Positions 17,310 through 26,761 of a stretch of DNA of 64,000 bases are shown here, piece after piece; the first letter of the stretch is position 1; each line of letters starts with the position of its first letter. The translations under genes and the position numbers were made by a program. A model generated the notes under the pieces. That model saw only the letters and a program-made list of their open reading frames with translations. It was not told where the DNA came from and did not search any database. The DNA comes from an uncultured Acidobacteriota bacterium (lineage in GTDB: Bacteria > Acidobacteriota > Thermoanaerobaculia > Gp7-AA8): positions 608,001 through 672,000 of the forward strand of contig CAWGHO010000003.1 of assembly GCA_963822445.1 (NCBI GenBank). Direction: 5' to 3'.

Positions 17310-20300
17310 GCCGCCACCTCCGTGTGAGTGAAGAAGTCCGCCAGGGCGACGTGCGCGAGCTCGTCCGGTGCAGGGAGGGCGCAGATCCTCTCCGGTCCGG
17401 TCTTCTCGCGCTTGCATGCATTCGGATCGATGCCGAGAAGCGGATCGAGATCGACGGTGAAGGAGACGTCAACGGTCACGAGGAACATCTCGATCGAGGC
17501 CGTGCCGCTGACTTCGAGGTGGGTGAGGATGCTCTCCTCGCAGGCGAGCTTGAGCTGTGCCATCGCCTGCACGCGCACGAAGATGTTGACGATGCCGAGA
17601 ACGGAGGCTTTGAGCTCGAGGCGCGCCACCAGCGCGATCTCATCGAATGAGAATGACTCGTCTCCGCGCACGCCGTCGGGACTGAAGTCGAAGAGGTACG
17701 TCGCGTGCGGGCACCAGACGATGCCCAGCGTGATCGACACCGTTCCGTTCGCAACGCCGATGTCGAACGCGATGGCCAATCCACCCTCGCCGCTGATGCA
17801 GGCCACCGCCTGGAAGCAGACGCGCCGGAATGGGTTGGGGATGTCCAGACCCCCGGTCCTCGGCGGCTTCACCCGCACGGCGATCACGGTCGAAAAACGA
17901 ACCGTGAACGGCGTGACCGTGAGAGTCGGCGGACGCAGGTCCTTGAAGATGGCCCGGCCGATGTCCGGCAAGTCGAGGTCGAGCCACTTCAATCCTCCGA
18001 AGCCCTTCTTCGGCCAGTCGCCGAGGATGAACGTGAACATCGAGCCGGTATTGATGCCGGAGCGGGAGATGTCGATCGAGAGTCCGAGCCGAAAATCGAA
18101 CGTGAGATTTTCCAGCGAGCCGATTCCGAAGGGGATGCGCGGCACCGGCAGGCGCAGGCTGATCATGAAACCCTTCAGACCATCGAGGAGATCGAATCGG
18201 AAAGGCGATTTGCTGCTCCCGCTGTTGCTGCCGCCGCCGTTTCCGCCTCCGAACCCGAGGAGGCCCTTCAGTTTTTCGAGGAGCAATTCGAAGACGATCT
18301 TGAGGAGCTCGCCGCATGGCTCGAGATCGCCCGGCTTGAACGACACTGACTCGCCGGGCTTCGATTGAATGCGGCAGTTCTTCAACACGAGCAGACCGGG
18401 TACGCCGACGTCGGCCATGAGCGTCACGTCGTAATCAGCGGGGTCCTCGAAGCTCTTTTTGAACGTCGCGTTGAACGAACGCGGCGCGATCTTGATGCGG
18501 AAGGCGAGCGTCCCCTCGCACACATCACTGACGCCCTTGGTGAGCTCCGGAAATTCCACGCTCGCATCGACTTCGACCTCGGTCTTCTGATCGCGTTTGA
18601 GGTCGGGCGAGTCAGGGGTGTGGACCTGCTTGTCGTGTATGCGGATCCGCTCGTGGATGGTGAGCGTTCCCTCGTTGTCGAGGAACTCGTCGCTCTCGCC
18701 TCCGAGGACGAGTTGCAGAAGGCCGACGTCGCGAAGCTTGATCTTCCTGCGGAACGTGTGCTCCGCCTTCGCGTTGAGCTCGAACGTGTCGTTGCGCCGC
18801 AAAGGCCGGTCGACGCGCACGACTCCGTCGCCGAGGGTGAGGGCGGTCGCGGCATACTCGGGGACCTCGTCACCGGTGGTCGCGCACCATTTCCCGTCGT
18901 TGGGATTCATCGTGTTGTCGTAGGTGACTGCGACCGCGCGCGAGTCGAGGGTCATGCCGGAGACATCCTCGAGCTCGCCGCGCGCAGTGACCTCGATCTT
19001 GGGCACGTTGGCGGTGCAGCCGGGGATCGGATCGCAAGGCTTCTCGGCGTTGCCCTTCGCCGTCGCGTGCCAGATGACCTGGTGCAGCCGCATCGGCGTG
19101 TCATGAAAGAGCGTGAGCGCCTGAGGCTCACGCAGCGGTACGGTCTGCGTGAGGAATCGCGCGAGCGAAGGGTCGGCGATCACCGTGATCAGACCGATGC
19201 CCTGCAGCGTCCGGTCGCGATCGACCCAGCGCTGATCTCCATTCTTGTAGTCGATGTCGGCCTTGAAGAGCAGCGGCTCGTTCGGGTTGAAATTGACGGA
19301 ATTGATCGGCCGCAGGTTGGCGACTGTGATGTTGCCTTTGTCGCCGTACGTCTTCGATGGCTCGTTGAACCACCATTTCGTGCAGTACCGAAGCTTCCCG
19401 TTTTCCTGACGCGAGGTGAGGGTTAGGACGTTGTAGACGATCCCGTACGGCAGCAGCAGGTCGGCGAAGATGGCGTAGTTCTTCTGGTAGCGGCCGAGAA
19501 AACCGTGCAGCACGAGCTCCTGCATTCCGATCTCACGAACCTCGTTTTGCCAGTCGAATCCGATCGTCCCGCCGATGGGCGAGAGCGCGATCTCGGTTCC
19601 CGGTCTGCGCAGGGCGCGTTGGATCGACGGATTCTTCGACGGAACGACCTGCTCGTCGAAGGCAGTCCTCACGCACGACCGCAACGCTTGTGGATCGAGA
19701 TCCACGACATCGAACGCGTCGTTCACGGGCCGCATCCTGTCGGCGGCGATGGCGCGATACGGCGCGAGCGTACCGGCGAGGCAGCGTTCGTCGGGAGCCC
19801 AGTCGCGGTCCCGCAGAGGCACCAGCGTGCCATCGATGCCGAAACCGGCGTAGATGGCGCGAGTCGTCGCCCCACCTTCCGCGCCCGCCAGGGCGCTGAA
19901 GAGCTCCGCGGGAGAATGGGCGTCGCCGGCCGCCTCGCCGCTCGTTCGCGGCTCCCACATGGTGAGCTCCTGAAAGGCCGGATTGGCATTGTCCTGCCAC
20001 CTTCCGAAATCGAAGTCGCGATGTTCACGGAGCGAGAACGGTGGCAGAGCGATCGTTTTCTGTACGCGTGGCAGTGTCGCCGGCACGGCGGCGCGGAATG
20101 CCTCCTGGGCCAGCGCTACGATCTCGTCGTTCGACGCCGTGACATCGTCGACGGGATCGAGAATGCGGTAACGATCGCGATCGATCTCCCACCGAATCGT
20201 GGCCGGTCTCGCGAGCGCGATCAGGTCGCCCCGGTAGTCGTCCGTCGCCGGTGGCGTGTTCGTTTTGGTCGCTTTGAGATGCACCCAGTCGCCCGCGGCC

Positions 20301-21850
20301 GAGGGCATGCTGCTCCGCCCGGCCCATGCGGCTTCGGCGGTCTCGAAAACCAGCGTGCTGGTGTCCGCGACGTACTTGGGGCCATCCACATGAAACAGGA
20401 TGTCGAGCTCGCGCGCCGCGCGGATCCGCGCGAAAAGATCGGCGACGAGCACGAGGTCGGACGTCGCCGCCGATTCTCCTGCTGTCAGGCGCCCGCGGCC
20501 ATCGAAAACGGCGTGCTGGATGACGTTTCCGCCGTTCGGAGTGATCGCGAGCCGCGGGGCGAGCTGTCCAGTGACCGAACGAAAGACGAGCGTCGCACTC
20601 GTGAATTCGTGCTCGGTCGAGCGCGAAATCACTGTGCCTTTCTCGCGCACACTCGTGGCGACTCGTGCACGGACGACATCGTTGGACCGGACCTCGAGCT
20701 CGATGCGTGATCCGCTGCGAGGCAGCGCGATTCCGTCGAGAAGCGGCCAGATCTCGCCACCGGTTGCCTCGAAACAAAACGCCGCCGATAGTTCGGCAGG
20801 CAGCGTGGTCGTTTCGGCGGGCATGTCTGAAACCCACGCGAACGCGAAGACGTTCGCGGTATGGAAGTGCGACTCGGCGAGTACGACGCTCCCGATGACC
20901 GCGCCGCCACGCCGCCGTTCCAGCGTCGCGCCGGCGGGAATGAGCAAATCGACGAAACCCGGCCGGACCCGGACGGTGACGGTCTGCTGCGCGACGCGCA
21001 CCACGCTCACGTCGCCGTCGGGATGGGCCATTACATCGACCTCGATGGCATGGGGCAGCGGGTACTCGACGAGCGTCCAGCGAAGCTCGCGAGCTGGTCC
21101 ACCGCAATCGCTCAGGTCTCCGCGCCCGGAGCGCAGCGCCGGCTCGCGGTGAAAGCGATAGGCCTGGGCGGTCGTCGCACCCGTCGGGCGGACGAGCAGA
21201 TCGAGCTGCGGCCATCGAGCGGCAACGGTGGGCAGGGTCGAGCGTTCGGGCGTCTGACAGACCTCTGGACGCACGCAGAAATCGAACTTCAGGAGCTGAT
21301 CGCGATCCGCTTCCCGCTCGATGCGCTTTTTCGGACGGGGTGCTCCTGACACGTCGACCGTCATCGGCACGGCTTCGCCGAGCGTCGGGAAGAGAAGCTG
21401 CGGTGTCACTTCCAGAGTGAAGTCGCCGCTCGGTGCCGCGCGCAGGACGTCACTGCGCGCGATGTCGTGTTCCCGGAAGATGCGGGTGCCGGCCTTTGCG
21501 TCGATGACGACCCATACGTCGTGCATCTCCACCTGATCCGAGTCGATTTCGTCCGGGCCGGTCCCATCGACCATCGTCGCCGCGACCGCCGGGAACTGAA
21601 TGCGATTTGCCCAGATCGGAATCGGGAAGCGGGTGATCTTGCTCGCGTCGTGTGTCGTATGCACGACGAAGTCGCCTGCGGTCGAGGGGAACACCCATCG
21701 GACGGGCTTTCGAAAGCCGCTCAGCAACGAGCGGCATGCGCCGAGGATCGCGGCGGAGAACCCTTGCACTAGCCCTCGCGCGATCGTTTGCGTCTGTGTT
21801 CCCGCGGTGAAGCCGAATTGAAGGAACCGCCGCCGCGTGACGCCTTTCAT
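17306..21850 (-). CDS. giant Tat-exported (possibly lipo)protein, 1514 aa, beta-rich C-terminus
   Basis: MKGVTRRRFLQFG twin-arginine motif, candidate lipobox ILGA-C. The C-terminal third is made of amphipathic beta-hairpins. Confidence 0.85.
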   Translation of the reverse strand: MKGVTRRRFLQFGFTAGTQTQTIARGLVQGFSAAILGACRSLLSGFRKPVRWVFPSTAGDFVVHTTHDASKITRFPIPIWANRIQFPAVAATMVDGTGPDEIDSDQVEMHDVWVVIDAKAGTRIFREHDIARSDVLRAAPSGDFTLEVTPQLLFPTLGEAVPMTVDVSGAPRPKKRIEREADRDQLLKFDFCVRPEVCQTPERSTLPTVAARWPQLDLLVRPTGATTAQAYRFHREPALRSGRGDLSDCGGPARELRWTLVEYPLPHAIEVDVMAHPDGDVSVVRVAQQTVTVRVRPGFVDLLIPAGATLERRRGGAVIGSVVLAESHFHTANVFAFAWVSDMPAETTTLPAELSAAFCFEATGGEIWPLLDGIALPRSGSRIELEVRSNDVVRARVATSVREKGTVISRSTEHEFTSATLVFRSVTGQLAPRLAITPNGGNVIQHAVFDGRGRLTAGESAATSDLVLVADLFARIRAARELDILFHVDGPKYVADTSTLVFETAEAAWAGRSSMPSAAGDWVHLKATKTNTPPATDDYRGDLIALARPATIRWEIDRDRYRILDPVDDVTASNDEIVALAQEAFRAAVPATLPRVQKTIALPPFSLREHRDFDFGRWQDNANPAFQELTMWEPRTSGEAAGDAHSPAELFSALAGAEGGATTRAIYAGFGIDGTLVPLRDRDWAPDERCLAGTLAPYRAIAADRMRPVNDAFDVVDLDPQALRSCVRTAFDEQVVPSKNPSIQRALRRPGTEIALSPIGGTIGFDWQNEVREIGMQELVLHGFLGRYQKNYAIFADLLLPYGIVYNVLTLTSRQENGKLRYCTKWWFNEPSKTYGDKGNITVANLRPINSVNFNPNEPLLFKADIDYKNGDQRWVDRDRTLQGIGLITVIADPSLARFLTQTVPLREPQALTLFHDTPMRLHQVIWHATAKGNAEKPCDPIPGCTANVPKIEVTARGELEDVSGMTLDSRAVAVTYDNTMNPNDGKWCATTGDEVPEYAATALTLGDGVVRVDRPLRRNDTFELNAKAEHTFRRKIKLRDVGLLQLVLGGESDEFLDNEGTLTIHERIRIHDKQVHTPDSPDLKRDQKTEVEVDASVEFPELTKGVSDVCEGTLAFRIKIAPRSFNATFKKSFEDPADYDVTLMADVGVPGLLVLKNCRIQSKPGESVSFKPGDLEPCGELLKIVFELLLEKLKGLLGFGGGNGGGSNSGSSKSPFRFDLLDGLKGFMISLRLPVPRIPFGIGSLENLTFDFRLGLSIDISRSGINTGSMFTFILGDWPKKGFGGLKWLDLDLPDIGRAIFKDLRPPTLTVTPFTVRFSTVIAVRVKPPRTGGLDIPNPFRRVCFQAVACISGEGGLAIAFDIGVANGTVSITLGIVWCPHATYLFDFSPDGVRGDESFSFDEIALVARLELKASVLGIVNIFVRVQAMAQLKLACEESILTHLEVSGTASIEMFLVTVDVSFTVDLDPLLGIDPNACKREKTGPERICALPAPDELAHVALADFFTHTEVAA

Positions 21851-22005
21851 GGACGATCGTCCTTCGCGTGCGAACCAATTCCTTCCCGGAAGTCCGCGAT
21901 CGTCTGGCCTAGCGCCCGCCCGAGCTTCGGCAGGCGCGCCGCGCCGAAAAGGAGGATAAGAATGAATACGACGAGGACGAGCTCCGGTGCTCCGAGACCG
22001 AACAT
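21847..22005 (-). CDS. tatA: twin-arginine translocase TatA/TatE subunit (52 aa, missing from the ORF track)
   Basis: Hand translation MFGLGAPELVLVVFILILLFGAARLPKLGRALGQTIADFREGIGSHAKDDRP*: TM helix, FG hinge, amphipathic helix. Its TGA overlaps the ATG of the 1514-aa gene. Confidence 0.92.
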   Translation of the reverse strand: MFGLGAPELVLVVFILILLFGAARLPKLGRALGQTIADFREGIGSHAKDDRP

Positions 22006-22092
22006 TTCATCACCCCGGAGGTGAGAAGGACGCGTTCGCGAGATTTCCCCTGCGGGCTGGGACCTCCAGCGTGTTTCTGGAGTTACCGCACC

Positions 22093-22314
22093 ATGCTCTC
22101 GGAGTCCCTTCGCCTCGCGCTGATGATCTCCGGCTGTGCTTTTCTCGGCTCGCTCGAATCGATCGTCCCGCTCTATCGGGCCGGGGAAGGGCGCGTTCGC
22201 CGCGCGCTGCCCAACGTCGGCCTGACCGTCTTGCTGCTCGTGACGAATCTCGCGCTGTACTTTGCTGCGGCTTGGGCCGGGTCACAGTGCGAGACGCAGA
22301 CACCGGCGTGGTAG
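22093..22314 (+). pseudogene. truncated sterol desaturase/fatty acid hydroxylase-like N-terminus
   Basis: MLSESLRLAL...LESIVPLY...RRALPNVGLTVLLLVTNL resembles the N-terminus of this family. It stops before any His boxes. Confidence 0.45.
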
Positions 22315-22740
22315 CACTTCGTGATCGCTTTCGCCGCGTCCACCACCCACTCCGATGAAGCGGTCGATGTCACCACCGCGTCCGGCAGCATCCCGGCGAG
22401 ACCGTCTGGCGCCGATCCCCCGGCCGGAAGCATTTCGCGATCGTGAGGCATTCGCGTTGTCTCTACCGCCGTGCCCGCTGTCGGTTCTCCGGGTGGGTAC
22501 ATCGGCCACCGCCGCTGCTGCTGTTCTCGCCATTCGGCGATTCCTACTCCGTACGCGAGAAAGAGGTCTTGGCGACGCTCAGGGACGCAGAGCTCCGCCG
22601 CCCGGAAAGAGTGAAATGCCCGGCGAATCCCGCGAAGTAGCTCCACCTGCCGCAGGAAGGCGACCAGTGCCATTGCTCGCGCGCTCGGTACGCCACCGGC
22701 GACGCGCCGCTGCGCTGGTTCCCATCCGAGGAAGTCATCG

Positions 22741-25700
22741 TCACGCGGCATCTTCGTCCTTCGTGCTCGTCACGATTTCGAGCAGCCTGACCACGTGGCT
22801 TTCGAATTCGGCGAGACTGCCCCGGCTCTTCGTCAGGAACTCAGTGGGGCCGAGCTGCAGGCGCGCCTGATCGGCATGTCCGACATCGATCGCCGAGTAA
22901 ACGAGCAGGGGGACGCGTCCGAGGCTCGCAGACTCCCGCAGGTCGTTGACGACCGCGAAGCCGTCCATGTCCGGGAGGGTGAGATCGAGAACGATCAAGC
23001 TCGGCTGGTGTTGCCGGCAGACCCGGATGGCCTCGCCGCCCGTGCCGGCATGAAGAGTCCGGAAACCGCGGCTCTGAAGTGCCGTGGCCATGACGCCCGC
23101 CAGGTCGAGATCATCTTCGACGACGAGAATCGGAGGGGCGCTGGAGTGGTCCTGGTCCTGATTCGCGGTTGCCGGCTGCGCCACGATCGGCGAATTCGCC
23201 AGAGGAATCGTGAACTCAAACCGGCTGCCCGCGGGCTCGTTCTTTTCCGCCCAGATCCGGCCGCCGTGCGCATTGACGATGCTCTGGCAGATGGCAAGAC
23301 CGAGTCCCGAGCCGCCTTTGTCCCGCGAGTCCGAAGCATCCACCTGGCTGAAGCGGTCGAAGATCGTCGCCAGCTTCTGGTCGGGGACGCCTCGACCCTG
23401 ATCGGCGACGCAGAACGCGAAGTCCGCCTCTCCCGCTGTCCCGGACAACGTGACGGTCGTATTCCGTGGCGAAAACTTGATGGCGTTGCCGAGCAGGTTG
23501 GTGAGCGTCTGGATGATCCTGTCGCTGTCGCCCCGGATCGTTTCGGTCGACGTGGTCATGACGAGGCTTACCCCCGCCTCGTCGGCCATGGACTGGACTC
23601 CTTCGATGGCCTGCACCATGACCGCGCCTGCATCGACGGGCGCGAGTGTCAGCTCGACCCTGCCGGACTCGATCCGTTCCAGATCGAGAATGTCATTGAT
23701 CAGCCGGACCAGGCGATCGGTATTGCTCAGGGCGATCTGCAGCATCCGCTGCCCCTTGTCGGCGACCGGGCCGAGCATCCCGCTGCTCAGGAGGCCGAGC
23801 GCGCCGCGGATCGACGTCAGCGGCGTGCGTAATTCGTGACTGACAGTCGAGACGAACTCGCCCTTGATACGCTCGATGGCTTTCTGTTCGGTGACGTCAC
23901 GGAAAGTGACAGCGACGCCCGTCACGCGTTCCCTGCTGTCCAGGATCGGAGCGGCGAGGTAGTCGACCGGAAACGACGTGCCGTCCTTTCGCCAGAACAC
24001 CTCATGGCTGACCTGTCGCACGGCGCCATCGGCGAGGGTACTGAGGATCGGACAGTCGCTTTCGGGATAGGGGCCGCGCAGCGTCGCGTGATGCATCGTC
24101 GCGTGAGCCGGCCGGCCTACCAGTTCCGTCGCCTCCCAGCCGAGCATTCTGGCTGCCGCCGGATTCGCCATCGTGATGGCTCCCGACGGATCGACTACAC
24201 AGACGCCGTCGGCGATCGAGTTGAGGATCAATTCGTTCTTCAGGCGGAGCAGCGTGTTGACCTCCGCCACAGCTTCCGCGGCGTCTTTGCCGGCGCTCAG
24301 CTCCGCGGTCTGTTCGGCGACACGGCTCACCAGACGCCGCTCGCTCTCCCGGAGCAGGCTGAGTCGCACCCTGAAGGCGGCCAGCACCGCGCCGAACAGA
24401 CAAACGCCGCATGCGATCCGGAACCACAACGTCTGATAGAACGCCGCCCGAAACTGAAACCGCACAGGATTGCCGGCGCCGGCCCAGACCCCGTCGTTGT
24501 TGCTGCCCATCACCTCGAACCTGTAGTTCCCGGGAGGCAGGTGGGTATAGAAGGCGGTGCGACGCGTGCCCGCTTCGACCCAGGCGTCGGAAAAGCCCCG
24601 CAGCCGGTAGCGGAACCGCACTTTGGCCGGCGAGAGGAAGCTCAGCGCCGTGTAGTGAATCTCGAGACTGTGCCGGCCGGGGCCCACGGCGAGCTGATTG
24701 CCGGAGACGTTCACCGCTTTTCCGTCGAGCAGGACTTCCTCGGTCCAGACCTGGGGAGCCATCGTATTGAACGCGATGTTGTTCGGATCGATGATGGCCA
24801 CGCCCTTCACCGTGGCGAAGTAGAGACGTCCATTCCTTCCCGCCCACGCTCCCGGAGACCCGCCGTTGCATTCTGCGGACTTCATCCCGTCAGTGGCATT
24901 GAAGGTGGTGGAGTGCACACGTTTGATCCGGCCATCGGCAAAATCATTCAGCTCGCGAAGACTGACCCGGAAGATCCCGCGATTGCAGGTCATCCAAAGG
25001 TAGCCGCTGCGGTCTTCCACGATGGCGAAGACGAGCTCATTGAACAGGCCGTCTTTGACCGTGATCGATGTAACGCGGCCGTCTTTGATTCGATTGAGGC
25101 CACCTCCGTAGGTGCCGATCCAGTGGCCGCCCTGCCGATCGTGATGAAGGGAGCGAACGAAATTGCTGGACAACCCGTGCTGCACGCCGTAATTCGTGAA
25201 GACGCCGTCCTTCAGGACACTCAGTCCGCCGTCGGTCCCGATCCAGAGGCTGCCGTCAGGTGCTTCGGCCAGGGACGAAATGACGTTCCCCGGAAGGCCA
25301 TTCTTCCTGTTGAATACCTTGAAGACTCCATCGCGGTAACGGGCCAGCCCACCTCCCCGCGTTCCTATCCAGATGTTTCCCTGACGGTCCTCGACCGTAA
25401 TGCGTGCCGTATTGTCAGGAAGCCCTTCGGAGGTCTGATAGACAGTCACCTTTCCGTGCTTGTAGAGATTGACCCCCGAATTCGTTCCCAGCCAGATCCC
25501 TCCGGTGCGGTCCTCCATCACCGACCGGACGGCGTCTGAAGACATTCCGTCGCGAACGGTCACGGTTGTCATCACGCCGTCTTTCCATCGTGAGAAACCG
25601 CCGCTCGTTCCGATGAGCAGCGAGCCATCCCGCGCCTCGCGAACGCTCCACACCTGGTCGGAGTTCAGTCCTTCCAGACGGCCGATGGTCGTGAACTTGG

Positions 25701-26694
25701 AGGGGCGGAGCTGACTGACTCCTTCTCCGGATGTTCCCACCCACAAACTACCCTCCCGGTCCTCCATCAACGACATGACCGTGGCCCGAGAGAGCCTGTG
25801 TTGCGTTCCGAAGGAGGTGAACCTTCCCCTGGAGTAGCGATTGAGACCGCCTTCCGTTCCGATCCAGAGATTCCCGTCGCGATCCTCTCGAATGGATCTC
25901 ACGTAACGGCCGGAGAACCCATCCGCCCCTGAAAAGGTCGTGATCTTCCCGTCACGGATCCTGTTCAATCCCACGGCCGTCCCGATCCAGAGATCGCCCC
26001 GGCGATCCTGATGGATGGCCACGACGACGTTGTCTGACAGGCCGTCGCTCGACGTAAAGGTCGTCACAGCTCCCCGATGGAGACGCTTCAATCCTCCGCC
26101 GTTCGTCCCCCACCACAACGCGCCGTCGCGTGTGACGTGAGTCGCGTTGATCCAGCTCGCCGCTGAGCCGTCGGTGACGTTGTATGTGCTGAATCGTCCA
26201 TGCCGATGGCGATTGAGTCCCGATCGCGTTCCCACCCAGATGGTGCCGTCAGGCGTCTCGGACATGGAGTACACGGCCCCCTCGCGCAAGCCGTCTCGCG
26301 TCGAGTAATGAGTCATCCGGTGGTTCTTGTATCGCGCCACGCCGCCGCCGACAGCGATCCACAGCGAGCCGTCACGGGACACGAGCAGGGCATGAATGTT
26401 CTGGCGATCGAGGAACGTCGTGTAGCGCACGCCGTCGAACCGGGCCAGGCCCTCCTCGGTCGCGAACCAGAGATATCCGTCCCTGGTCTGCGCGATCGCG
26501 GAGACCGTGTTCTGGGGCAATCCGTCATCGGACATCCAGAAGCTCAGACCGTACTGAGTGTTCAGCGTGGACGGATCGAGAGCCAGCAACTCTGTCGCGG
26601 AAAAAAGCAATGCGCCTGAGATGAAGACAGTGAGAAAAATGCCGCGCGCCGTCTTCGGACGCCGGATCTTCGGAGACTCACGCGGCATGGACAT
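22741..26694 (-). CDS. hybrid sensor histidine kinase (periplasmic beta-propellers + Y_Y_Y, TM, PAS, HisKA, HATPase, REC)
   Basis: Repeated 'GxLWIGTxxGL' units, 'YTHLPPGNYRFEV', H-box SHELRTPL, N/G boxes, C-terminal receiver. Start uncertain. Confidence 0.93.
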   Translation of the reverse strand: MSMPRESPKIRRPKTARGIFLTVFISGALLFSATELLALDPSTLNTQYGLSFWMSDDGLPQNTVSAIAQTRDGYLWFATEEGLARFDGVRYTTFLDRQNIHALLVSRDGSLWIAVGGGVARYKNHRMTHYSTRDGLREGAVYSMSETPDGTIWVGTRSGLNRHRHGRFSTYNVTDGSAASWINATHVTRDGALWWGTNGGGLKRLHRGAVTTFTSSDGLSDNVVVAIHQDRRGDLWIGTAVGLNRIRDGKITTFSGADGFSGRYVRSIREDRDGNLWIGTEGGLNRYSRGRFTSFGTQHRLSRATVMSLMEDREGSLWVGTSGEGVSQLRPSKFTTIGRLEGLNSDQVWSVREARDGSLLIGTSGGFSRWKDGVMTTVTVRDGMSSDAVRSVMEDRTGGIWLGTNSGVNLYKHGKVTVYQTSEGLPDNTARITVEDRQGNIWIGTRGGGLARYRDGVFKVFNRKNGLPGNVISSLAEAPDGSLWIGTDGGLSVLKDGVFTNYGVQHGLSSNFVRSLHHDRQGGHWIGTYGGGLNRIKDGRVTSITVKDGLFNELVFAIVEDRSGYLWMTCNRGIFRVSLRELNDFADGRIKRVHSTTFNATDGMKSAECNGGSPGAWAGRNGRLYFATVKGVAIIDPNNIAFNTMAPQVWTEEVLLDGKAVNVSGNQLAVGPGRHSLEIHYTALSFLSPAKVRFRYRLRGFSDAWVEAGTRRTAFYTHLPPGNYRFEVMGSNNDGVWAGAGNPVRFQFRAAFYQTLWFRIACGVCLFGAVLAAFRVRLSLLRESERRLVSRVAEQTAELSAGKDAAEAVAEVNTLLRLKNELILNSIADGVCVVDPSGAITMANPAAARMLGWEATELVGRPAHATMHHATLRGPYPESDCPILSTLADGAVRQVSHEVFWRKDGTSFPVDYLAAPILDSRERVTGVAVTFRDVTEQKAIERIKGEFVSTVSHELRTPLTSIRGALGLLSSGMLGPVADKGQRMLQIALSNTDRLVRLINDILDLERIESGRVELTLAPVDAGAVMVQAIEGVQSMADEAGVSLVMTTSTETIRGDSDRIIQTLTNLLGNAIKFSPRNTTVTLSGTAGEADFAFCVADQGRGVPDQKLATIFDRFSQVDASDSRDKGGSGLGLAICQSIVNAHGGRIWAEKNEPAGSRFEFTIPLANSPIVAQPATANQDQDHSSAPPILVVEDDLDLAGVMATALQSRGFRTLHAGTGGEAIRVCRQHQPSLIVLDLTLPDMDGFAVVNDLRESASLGRVPLLVYSAIDVGHADQARLQLGPTEFLTKSRGSLAEFESHVVRLLEIVTSTKDEDAA

Positions 26695-26761
26695 GAGTGC
26701 ACCTGGGTGCCCGGGAAAATACAGACGGACTTCCGGGGTCATCGTTTCATCGGCCGCTGTC

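Noticed and set aside
22079-22090. 12-bp inverted match (GGAGTTACCGCA) to 35268-35279 as transposon ends
   Set aside because: Short, no target duplication or transposase, and could arise by chance.
22315-22740. Additional gene between the desaturase relic and the kinase
   Set aside because: Only short, motif-less ORFs. Probably decayed sequence.
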